Made by a program: the position numbers and the translations under genes. The notes under the pieces are model-generated. The model was not told the DNA's origin. It did no database searches and was given only the letters and a program-made list of their open reading frames with translations. From Octopus vulgaris (taxonomy: Eukaryota): 64,000 bases of DNA. Where the stretch lies: positions 11,284,001 through 11,348,000 of the forward strand of contig OX597823.1 of NCBI GenBank assembly GCA_951406725.2, read 5' to 3'. Positions 12,763 through 23,750 of the stretch are shown here, one piece after another (the first letter of the stretch is position 1; every line of letters starts with the position of its first letter).

Positions 12763-12927
12763 CATACGACAGGCTTCTTTCAGTTTCCGTCTACCAAATC
12801 CACTCACAAGGCTTTGGTCGGCCCAAGGCTATAGTAGAAGACAATTGCCCAAGATGCCACGCAGTGGGACTGAACCCGGAACCATGTGGTTCATAAGCAA
12901 GCTACTTACCACACAGCCACTCCTGCC
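12499..12927 (-). mobile_element. SINE family A
   Basis: Full consensus. Confidence 0.93.
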
Positions 12928-13562
12928 ATATATATATATATGTTCTAGAAATCAGAAGAACAATTAGAAAGTCATGTGAACAATGTATATTTTTTCAAAT
13001 AGTTTGCTCATTATGCAGTCTACTTGATTAGGTTTACTCATGTATGTGTGTGTGTGTGTGTGTAGTAAGAAACACAAAGGGATACTGAGCAGCAGCAGGC
13101 CTAGGGTGAGCATTAAGCAAGCCTTAAATGTGACTGACCTACCTTTTATTTCTGATATTTAGCGAATTCATTGTCTCTGCATTACTAATGTCTTTCAAGA
13201 AGACACAGAAGATTACACACTCTCATTACTTCTTTGCTGGCAATTTTCGGCTCTTTTATGCCTATGTAATAAATCAATAATAAATGAGAATTCAGACTGA
13301 TAGATTTTCATTCACACCATTTGCATTCGATATCTTCTTCAAACAACATGCAATGAAAATTCAATAAGTCATATGACTTGGAAAGCCAACTGCATAAATT
13401 CTCTTTTACACTTTTGCTGCTTTCAACCAGTTTGTGGTGGTCATGTTGGGGAACTTTCATTGATGCTGTTGGAGCCTTTGTTCTCAATTAAATAATTGAT
13501 GAATGAGGGTGTTTAATATTATTTCTTTTATATCAATCTCTTATTGTGTTGCATGTTCATTT

Positions 13563-13949
13563 GGAGGCGCAATGGCCCAGTGGTTAGGGCAGCGGACTCG
13601 CGGTCATAGGATCGCGGTTTCGATTCCCAGACCGGGCGTTGTGAGTGTTTATTGAGCGAAAACACCTAAAGCTCCACGAGGCTCCGGCAGGGGATGGTGG
13701 TGATCCCTGCTGTACTCTTTCACCACAACTTTCTCTCACTCTTACTTCCTGTTTCTGTTGTACTTGTATTTCAAAGGGCCGGCCTTGTCACTCTCTGTGT
13801 CACGCTGAATATCCCCGAGAACTACGTTAAGGGTACACGTGTCTGTGGAGTGCTCAGCCACTTACACGTTAATTTCACGAGCAGGCTGTTCCGTTGATTC
13901 GGATCAACCGGAACCCTCGTCGTCGTAACCGATGGAGTGCTTCCATCAT
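13563..13949 (+). mobile_element. tRNA-derived SINE family C with 13-bp TSD
   Basis: A box TGGCCCAGTGG, B box GGTTTCGATTCC; catgttcatttgg at 13552-13564 and 13950-13962. Confidence 0.92.
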
Positions 13950-14252
13950 CATGTTCATTTGGGCTCTTTTACCATACAATTTTTAAGTGTTGTTTCTCTT
14001 TCACTCATCGGTATTTACTCCATGCAGATCCTCATGTTTTGCAGAAAGATACTAAAGAAATACGATGCTTTGAACCTCTGCTCCTAACTCAGGTTGAAGA
14101 GAGTGGGACTTTAGGCACTCTGAAGTTGCTTGTACTATACAGTGATGTTCAGGGCAATATGCAATTTATAAAGACAGTTTTGCTCAGTTTTAAATTTGAA
14201 GCTATTTTTATACTTAATTGACGAGGCACCATCAATAAGAGTCTTATTCTTA

Positions 14253-14414
14253 GGTGCAGGAGTGGCTGTGTGGTAAGTAGCTTGCTTACCAACCACATGG
14301 TTCCGGGTTCAGTCCCACTGCATGGCACCTTGGACAAGTGTCTTCTGCTATGGCCTCGGGCCGACCAAAGCCTTGTGTGTGGATTTGGTAGACGGAAACT
14401 GAAAGAAGCCCGTC

Positions 14415-14451
<37 letters not shown>

Positions 14452-14677
14452 TGTATGTTTGTATGTCTGTGTTTGTTCCCCTAGCATTGCTTGACAACCG
14501 ATGCTGGTGTGTTTATGTCCCTGTACTTAGCGGTTCGGAAAAAAGAGACCGATAGAATAAGTACTGGGCTTACAAAAGAATAAGTCCCGGGGTCGAGTTG
14601 CTCGATTAAAGGCGGTGCTCCAGCATGGCCGCAGTCAAATGACTGAAACAAGTAAAAGAATAAAAGAATAAAAGAAT
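14253..14677 (+). mobile_element. SINE family A
   Basis: Full consensus. Confidence 0.93.
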
Positions 14678-15281
14678 TCTCTGGAACATTCAGAATCAGT
14701 TAATATTTCATTTCATAAATGTCATCTCTCAAAGTGTTCACACACTAAAACTTAACAGTTACATCTTATCTTTAAAATATAAGAATCACTGTTTCAGTCT
14801 CAGAGAAAATGTTTCCATGGTATTTAATCTGTCAGTATCTAATTGTGATATATGCATCAGTATCTCTGTTTAGAAATGAAGTTTTGAATCCAGACAGGTA
14901 CTCTTCACATATCCAGAAATTAGATATTTAATGATAATTGAAGATCAAACCAATCAAAATGCAATCTGATGATATCAATACTAAAATAGCTCTTCATATC
15001 TAAACATAGGTTTGTCTGAAAAATTATCATTGTACTAATTGATGATAATTTTAGACAAAATTGTTCTCCATCCTCTTTGTCTTTATATCTCTAGAAAAAT
15101 CTTGAATTTTAGCATACATCACAGTAGCAACGGAATAAAGCCTCAGTTTTGAATGAGCTTATGTGAATAAATTCTTCTAAATATTCTTTTTGTATTTGTA
15201 CATCTAAATATGTGTGCATGTAAAGAGAGAGAGACACACACACACACAAAATTAGATAAAAAAAAACCAATAAACAATATA

Positions 15282-15703
15282 GGCGCAGGAGTGGCTGTGT
15301 GGTAAGTAGCTTGTTTACCAACCACATGGTTCCGGGTTCAGTCCCACTGCGTGGCACCTTGGGCAAGTGTCTTCTACTATAGCCTCGGGCCGACCAAAGC
15401 CTTGTGAGTGGATTTGGTAGACGGAAACTGAAAGAAGCCCGTCGTATATATGTATATATATATATGTGTGTGCGTGTATGTGTTTGTGTGTCTGTGTTTG
15501 TCCCCCTAGCATTGCTTGACAACCGATGCTGGTGTGTTTATGTCCCCGTTACTTAGCGCTTTGGCAAAAAGAGACCGATAGAATAAGTACTAGGCTTACA
15601 AAAGAATAAGTCCTGGGGGTCGAGTTGCTCGAGTAAAGGCGGTGCTCCAGCATTGCCGCAGTCAAATGACAGAAACAAGTAAAAGAGTAAAAGAGTAAAG
15701 AGT
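15282..15703 (+). mobile_element. SINE family A
   Basis: Full consensus. Confidence 0.93.
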
Positions 15704-16627
15704 ATTCTAAATAAAGAATTCCTATGTTTTTGGTATTCTGAGATCATAAATTAGCCTTGTTTTTTGTTTTTTTTTGTTGAAGTCATTTCAAATCGAATAA
15801 ATTGCTAATGCTATGAAGATCACAACTTTCACTTTTCTTTTCCAAAGATCTTGGTTTATATTTTTATAGATGCAAACACATAAACATACTAAAATGTAAA
15901 TGTCAGATAGGTATCACTGGATGGTATATTAGCGCAAGATAAAAAAAATAAGAATTTCATTGCCATATTTTGATACTATTGATCTGTAAAAATCATTACT
16001 TTGGTAATCCATGGAATATAATCAATTTATGTGTATTATGGAAGAGTATCTAATATATTTGATTTAGTGAAATTATGATAAGAGTTGCCAAGTGGGATTT
16101 TGGGAAAATATTGTTTATTGATTATTACTATTATCAGAAGTGTTTTGGTAGGTGTGTAGATAATGAATATTGATTGCATAGCTTTATAATTTTCTTGAAA
16201 TATTTAGCATTTCGAACATGTCAATAAGATGTATACATTTGGAAGTTTGCTATGAGTAGAGTCTTTTCAAATGGTAATGCAAGTTGATAATATACATTTG
16301 AGCTTAATATCTGTTATATTTTATCAGCTAAAAATTTCCTCCTTTTCATTTGATATCAAAGATGGAATGGATTTTATATTCCTAACTATTAGGAGTTTAG
16401 TCACTGTTTCAGAATAGTTTTTTGTGTGTGTGTATGTGTGTGTGTGTGTGTGTGAAAAAGCTAGGAACTGGTGAAAAAGCTAGGAACTGATGTGAAATTC
16501 TACTCAGGTTATTGTTTATTAGATTTCTGAATTTATGACTTTGATATAACTGTCAGAGAAGCTAAGAGAACCCTCCAAAAAGGATTTACTCAAGTAAACA
16601 TAATAATTTTTCCAGTTCTATATTTAA

Positions 16628-16847
16628 CCCTTTAGTATTTAAACCGGCCATATCCGGCCAAAATAGTTAATCTGTTTTATGTTCAAACTGACCAGATCCA
16701 GGTCCCTCACACCTACCCTACAATGTTATACTACGTTAAGTAATTATACCATCAACATCTTGAAGATATGAGATAATGCATGATTAATTGAAATCAATGT
16801 GTATCAATAAGCATTATGTTTGATAGAATAATCTGAACACTAAAGGG
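16628..16847. mobile_element. piggyBac-type MITE
   Basis: TTAA|ccctttagt ... actaaaggg|TTAA. Confidence 0.85.
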
Positions 16848-16851
16848 TTAA

Positions 16852-17310
16852 GGGATGAAGAATTATGTACATTATTTACATTATTTACATTTGATGGATA
16901 TTTGTCCTCATCTTGTTGTTAACACAACGTTTCGACTGATATACCCTCCAGCCTTCTTCAGGTATCTTGGGGGGAAATTTCAAACCTGGGTTCTCATTCC
17001 TAAGGTATTTTTCGATGTTATTATTATTATTATTATTATTATTGTTATTGTTCAAGTCACTGCTTGGAATCAAACTCAGAATCTTGGGGTTAGTAGCCCA
17101 TGCTCTTAACCATTATGCCATATGCCTGTGGGCATAATAATAATAATAACATCGAAAAATACCTTAGGAATGAGAACCCAGGTTCGAAATTTCCCCAAGA
17201 CACCTGAAGAAGGCTGGAGGGTATATCTGCTAAAACTTTGTATTAACAACAAACAAGATGAGGACAAATATCCATCGAATGTAAACAATGTAAATAATAT
17301 AAAATAATTT
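16852..17310 (-). mobile_element. tRNA-headed small element with a Penelope-type hammerhead tail and an inverted upstream copy of that tail (P3)
   Basis: Inverted arms at about 16860-17035 and 17134-17310 flank a tRNA-like head at 17056-17126 (A box TGGCATAATGG, B box GAGTTTGATTCC). Confidence 0.75.
16921..16966 (-). ncRNA. Minimal type-I hammerhead ribozyme-like motif (canonical core)
   Basis: GATAC CTGAAGA A GGCTG gagggtatat CAGTC GAAAC GTT GTGTT; decayed copy on the plus strand at 17199-17244. Confidence 0.72.
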
Positions 17311-17469
17311 TTTATTCTGCATTTTGATAAATACATTTTAACAGGGAAACTGAAACATTCTTATTCTTATAATTTGAATAATTTTAACACTGTAATAAAC
17401 AAGATGATGTATTCAATTTTGTCATCATTTAGTTTTTATTTGTTATATCTCTTAACACCTTCAAGATTC

Positions 17470-18874
17470 GAGTTGATAGCAGTATGGCTGCAAGCACAAT
17501 TAAGGAAATGAAGGTAGAGAAGGCAGCTGGTTCTTCAGGAAACGTTGATGAATGATTAAAACATCTCACAAAATAAATCACATGTTAGTCATTCACATAA
17601 GTCAATCAGGTATTATAGAAAAGTGTTGTACCCAATGATTGGCTAAGCAGTATCATTATCCTCTGCTATAAGGGCAGAGAAGATGCTCTTGAGAAAGAAA
17701 TTACTGGAGCATCAAATTGTTACACCAGGTTAAATTAGTTAAGGAAAGAGTTATAATATAATTGCCTAAGAAGAGAATTAGCTTAGACAAAGTGCAATTC
17801 AGTTTTGTGCCAGGATATGATACTATCAATGCCACCTTCCTACTGAGACAACTTCAGAAGTCCCTAGGTAGAAGTAAAACCCTATGCCTAGCATTTGTTG
17901 CTCTGGTGATGGCTTTGTCAGAGTTACACATTCTATAATCTGATGGTTTCTAAGAAAGCTAGGAATAGAGAACTGGCTTGTGTAATCCATACAAGCCATG
18001 TACTGAGGTACAGTATGTAAAGTGAGAGTTTCCAATGAATTCAGCAATGTGTTTAGTACATATGTAGGGTCTATCAGGGTTCATTCATCAGCCCCTACAT
18101 GTTTATAGTAGTCTTACAGATCATGACAGTAGAATTTAAAACTGGCTCTCTATATAAAGGTCTTTAAGTTAATGACATATTTCTTACAGCTGAATCTGGA
18201 TAAGATTTAGATAAGAAATTTCAGATCTAAAAACAAAATCTAGAGGCAAGAGACTTCACAGTAAACCTTTAAACACTAAACTTTTAATAAGTAGGAAAGA
18301 ATATAGAATCCTGTTACCATCAAGTAAGTTGCTGTGCGTAATATGAACAAGTAGGTAGGAATTTCATACTTTGTACGTAGTGTGAACTGTGGGCACATGC
18401 TGTAAAATAGAGAAGGTAGACTTTGTATGTGACAGACGCACAGGAGTATTTAGTAATAACACTATGCCCAAAATAAACTCCTTCCAGTGATCAGAAAGAT
18501 TACTGGTATGTGACAGGAGATGCACAGGAGTATTTAGTAATAACACTATGCCCAAAATAAATTCCTTCCAGTGATCAGAAAGATTACTGTAACTGACAGT
18601 TTTTGTTACCTACATGACCTAATGACCAGTAGGGGTAGGAATTATGAAGGTACAGTATTCAGAGTAAGAAGAAGTTGGGAGAAGTTCAGGGTGATATTGC
18701 TTTTACTGGCAACAAAGGGAATGTCTGTTAAATGTAAAGAGCAGATTGCGTGCTGATTTTGTACAAAGTCCAATTGTACATGTTAGCAAGATGTGGGCCT
18801 TAGATACATAGGATTTGGAAAAACTAGAAAGAAATGAAGTGAATATAGTCTGCTGGATGTGTAATGTTAGAGCG
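17470..18874 (+). pseudogene. Decayed RTE-clade LINE ORF2 (second copy)
   Basis: KEMKVEKAAGSSG, FLLRQLQK and LERNEVNIVCWMCNV segments are collinear with the 7305-9290 copy; an 81/84-bp tandem duplication lies at 18425-18589. Confidence 0.85.
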
Positions 18875-19369
18875 TGTAGCAGTAGCTAGATAGTTGAATG
18901 GTTGTCTTGCAAGAACCTCCCTTTCTAAGTTTCTTGAAGCATCTGTGTCATGAGACATGATTCTTAATTATTCAGAGTAAGGATAAGCTTAGCGTTTCTC
19001 TTGGAAGTTTCTAGAATGTCTAGTGTTTCATTAATAAATAACAGCTTGCTAACCCTTCTCTTCGCTTCTTATTCAGTTAGACTTAGAGCCATTCATGTCA
19101 TTGCTTTGTCCATCTATTTCTCTACACAACATGACTGAAAGTCACCTCTTAGCTGTTATTTCTATATTTCCTATCTCTGAATGTTCTTGCATAGATTACT
19201 TCATTCAACTAGATTCTACACCTGTACCAAGTTTCATCTTGATTTTGTTCATATTGTAGGGGATTAGTACTTGTGGTACATCCCTCTCACATGATGAATG
19301 GAATAACCTAGTCACTATAAGTAAAGAGAAGTATGTGAGGTATCAGAGTATATCATAGGTGGTCAGAGA
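18875..19369 (+). mobile_element. Probable LTR (TG...CA) followed by a PBS-like sequence
   Basis: Starts tgtagc where the LINE ends, has an internal AATAAA, ends tatca at 19355, then taggtggtcagag (resembles the TGGTGTCAGAAG PBS). Confidence 0.45.
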
Positions 19370-19439
19370 TAGTTATGTCTTTGCTGGTTTTACTAAGTAT
19401 ACTGTATACTGAAGTAGGTATTATAACTGTGGCAATGGA

Positions 19440-19628
19440 TTGAAACGACTCACGAGGAATTAATAAACTCAATGAGGATATAAACAACTCACAAGGAATT
19501 AATAAACTTGATGAGGAATTAAACAACTCACAAAGAATTAATAAACTCAACAAAGATTTAAACATCTCTACGAAGAATTAATAACTCATGAGGAATTAAC
19601 AACTCCCGAGAAGTTAACAAAACTCACT
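19440..19628 (+). repeat. About 20-bp degenerate tandem repeat (aactcaNgaggaattaata)
   Basis: About 9 units seen directly, upstream of gag. Confidence 0.85.
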
Positions 19629-19678
19629 AAGTTTTGTTGTATGAATTTTGCAAAAAAAAAAAAAGAATCATAGAAATT

Positions 19679-20578
19679 ATGGAAAATTTGTTGGCTGGTT
19701 TGCTCAAGTTCCAAAAACAGCAGCAACAACAACAACAACTGAAAGAAGCACAATTACAATTACAGAAACAAATGCTGCAATTAATGAAGTATTCAGGAAC
19801 TTCAGAAAGAATGTTTTCATCAGACTATGTTGTGAACTCCATAAAAGAGTTCAAATACGAACCTGACAAAGGAGATACCTTTGAAGCATACTACTGAAGA
19901 TATGAGGAAATCTTTGAGAAAAGATGTAAAGATTGGGATGATGAGATGAAAACATGCTTAATCTTGAGAAAACTGGTGGCAACATAACTTTAATGATACA
20001 GTAATTATGTACTCTCAAGAAAACCTTTGAACATAAACTTTAATGATGCAGTAGATATCATCATCATCATCATACATCCGTTCTCCATGCTAGCATGGGT
20101 TGGACGGTTCGACCGGGGATCTAGGAAGCCAGAAGGCTGCACCAGGCTCCAGTCTTATCTGACAATGTTTCTACAGGTGGATGCCCTTCCTAACGCCAAC
20201 CACTCTGTGAGTGTAGTGGGTGCTTTTTACGTGCCACCCGCACAGGTGCCAGGCGAGGCTGGCAACGGCCACGGTCGGATTGGTGCTTTTTTCGTGCCAC
20301 CGGCACGGAAGCCAGTTGAGGCGGCGCTGGCATCAGCCGATTGTGTAAAATTTCCAGTGAAAAATGCTCATTGTTCGGTAACTATTGGAAGTGTCTGAAC
20401 ATAGAGAAAAACAATGATGAGGACTCCATCACATGTGCTGGTAGAGTAAACAGGGAATGCAAGAAGTTTAAGCTGAATGAATTAACACCAGATATGTTCA
20501 AATGCCTGATTTTTACAGGGACTTACTGTTGAAAAGGACGCAGAAGTTAGAACTAGAATTCTTGCAAAGCTGGAATAA
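19679..20578 (+). pseudogene. gag: Ty3/Gypsy-type gag remnant split by a family B insertion
   Basis: polyQ ... NSIKEFKYEPDKGDTFEAYY*RYEEIF ... LILRKL ... AGRVNRECKKFKLNELTPDMFKCLIF ... DAEVRTRILAKLE, typical of invertebrate Gypsy gag N-termini. Confidence 0.8.
20058..20341 (-). mobile_element. Family B element
   Basis: (CAT)n start on the plus strand; 2 internal repeat units. Confidence 0.88.
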
Positions 20579-22035
20579 AAAAAGGATGTAACTCTACTGG
20601 GTTTGCTAAGTATACTGTATACTGAAGTGGGTGTTATAACAATCCGACTTTATAAGGATATAACAGTTCACAAATCGGGTTAAATACTATTTCATACTTT
20701 CAGTCATTGATATATCATCAGCATCTTTTGGTGGCTGATAACAGCAAAATATACAGGATGATTTCTAAAAATTGTTTTAGTATTCCTGGATATAAAGATT
20801 CTAAAAACAAATCTGCCTAATCATCTTGATTTATTAAGTTCTTGATCATTTAGACCTAGATTGTAGTCAAAATTTGTGACAAAACATTGAAGGTTATTAT
20901 TCAAACAATATATTTTTTGATTTCTAACTGATTATTCCTTTTCTTCTCACCTATATCTTTATTTCTATTCTGACAATTTCTACAGTACTAAATGACATTT
21001 AAAAAATCTCTGAAACAAGCATTTGTTTTTTTCCCCAGCATATTTGTTTATGTAGCAATATTAAAACCTTAAAGATGTTTAACATATAATTAGTTTCAAG
21101 AATTAACAAATGAAATAACCTTCACTACTTCAGACTTCATCATTTACAGAATATTGGTAATTCTAGTTTTTTTTTTTCTGACAGATTTTTTAATTTTGTT
21201 ATGGAGAGCTTTCGCTGATATTAATTCTTGAAGGATTTGTCAAATGGTTTTATGTTATCTGGATCAAAGGCATTGATTTTTATCCTTTCGTTGACACCCT
21301 ATAAGATTCTGTCATGGTATTAGATTAGCTGAATAAGAGTTAGTTGTTCCTTCTTGAATGATAAGTAGCATTGAACATGAATGAATCAGCTTTGATGATG
21401 TTCAACAATTGCTACATTTACAAATGTCTCGTATTTTGTGTGGGTAATTGAATTGCAATTTTTCAAATTATTCCGTATTCTCCTCAGATATAATATCAGT
21501 ATAATAGGATTATTATTGAATTTATGAGAAATCTCAGTGTAGTCACTTAACTTGCTGGAAACAAATGCCATATTTCTGTCAAATCAAATTCTACCATTCA
21601 ATAAATGCAAAACAAGGAAGGACATATTGTGTAATATCATCATACAGTATACACTATGCTGGAATGTCTTCAATCATAAGTTTCCTCATTCAGAGCTGAT
21701 TTGGGATTTAAACAGTTGCAACAATCTAGGATCTCTATTTGAATTCCTAAATTTCTAAACTTGTGGTTGGTTCAGTTATTCAGGCACAGCAAGCAACAGA
21801 ATACAATAAAATTGTACACAGCATGTGTATCTAACGTACCCAGGTATTATGCTCTATGGATCAGAGTGATATGTTTTTTTCAATTTGAAATATAGTATTA
21901 TGAAAATTATCAATTTAATTCATAGATCATAAAACCTGAATATCTTAGAAAATATAAACAAACTTAAATGTGAAATAAACCAGCAATAAATTTTTTTCTA
22001 ACTTCTATGGTATGTGAAACTATATCTAGCTATAT

Positions 22036-22475
22036 CTGCTATATCTAGCTGGACAAAGAATCACATAGAAGATCCTTATTTTGTCTGACTGATGTAGACT
22101 TATAATATGTGCAACAACACCAAGACTAAATACAGATGTGACTGACTGTATACTTCACTTTCATTGTATTAGTACAGTAGTAATTATTGTTTTGTCTCCA
22201 TCAATCTTGAAACAATAAGTAAATAAAAGATGTGTACATACACCGATATTAACATTTTGATAAATAGTTTTACTAAAGGTGGCCAGAAGCTCATGTTATG
22301 CAACAATGAAATTGTTTGGATCAGTTTCCACTCTAAGATACTAAAAAGGCTTGCATGGAACCTTATTTAACAAAGAAGCTAAATACATTCTAATTTCATG
22401 TCATATATTTATATATCACTAATATATTCAAATTTAGTCTTATAGCATTTATGTAAACTATTACTAGTTTGATTA

Positions 22476-22530
<55 letters not shown>

Positions 22531-23563
22531 CTGTAAAGACAAATGAGATTAATGCTTCATGAAATTATAGTCTCAAAGTCAATATGACATCTTACTCATT
22601 TAAACATTTGAGAAGTTTTTGTTGATGGCTTATTCGAGTGGGCTGCTATAGAACATCAGTAGTTTCCTCAAACTCTGGGTTGTTGCTGTTATTGTTTAAC
22701 CCTAGACCAGTCCTGAGCAAAAAAAAAAATTCTATATTTTTGTATATCAGGGATTACAATATCCAGTGTATTGTCCTAACTGCTTTTAAGATCATAGAGT
22801 GTGGTTTAGAGAGATGGATTGCGTAGTTTAGATGGTAGACCAACAGCTCCCTTACTAGTCATAGAATTTGTCCATTCTTTCTCTCTTTCCTTCTTTCTTT
22901 CTTTCTCCCCCCCCCACACACACTTATGATACTATTAATCGGAACCATATGTGCTGTTGATTCCTTATTTTCAGGTATGACTAGCAGAAGTGAGTTATGA
23001 TTTGGATGTGGCCCAGCCCTCTTTGAGTGTAAGACGTTAAGGGCTGAAACACTAGGCTCAGCAGGGTTTTCTTCTCAGAAGATTCTCTGTTGTTCAGCTA
23101 ACTCTCCAAAGAATTTCTTACCATTGAAGTTGAAAAAAAAAAATGTTATTGCAGTTTTCAGTATTTTATTGCAGTTTAGATTATTATAGCTCAACCCAGA
23201 GTAAATTTTATTAATCAAACTAGTAATAGTTTACATAAATGCTATAAGACTAAATTTGAATACATTAATGATATATAAATATATGACGTGAAATTAGAAT
23301 GTATTTAGCTTCTTTGTTAAATAAGGTTTCATGCAAGCCTTTTTAGTATCTTAGAGTGGAAACTGAACCAAACAATTTCATTATTGTTTCAAGATTGATG
23401 GGGACAAAACAATAATTACTACTGTACTAATACAATGAAAGTTAAGTATACAGTCAGTTACATCTGTATTTAGTCTTGGTGTTGTTGCACATATTATAAG
23501 TCTACATCAGTCAGACTAAATAAGGATCTTCTATGTGATTCTTTGTCCTGCTAGATATAGCAG
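22036..23563. repeat. Local inverted duplication (arms 22036-22478 and 23209-23563)
   Basis: High-identity reverse complement; the right arm lacks about 88 bp; 730-bp spacer. Confidence 0.93.
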
Positions 23564-23750
23564 CCAAATCACTAAAAAAACACCTTTTTACCATCTTTAA
23601 AATGAAGGGAGACATATGTATTGAAGATAGTGTAGTCCTAGAAATTGTGTTTCTTAAAAAAAAAAAAAAAACAGACAGGATGGTCATTTATGGCATGCTT
23701 TTGATTATAAGTCTGCACAGTTAGGACTACCTTAGAGCTAAGCACAACTA
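23545..23750 (+). mobile_element. Old dispersed repeat (family D), representative copy
   Basis: ctagaNatagcagccaaatc ... gtagtcctaga ... ggatggtca ... tttgatNata motifs recur near 22.7, 24.1, 24.7, 30.8, 31.4, 51.2, 51.9 and 56.6 kb. Confidence 0.6.

Noticed and set aside
13563-13635. Functional tRNA genes at SINE heads (also 17056-17126, 36297 and 54423)
   Set aside because: No complete acceptor stem, and each head is fused to a repeat body.
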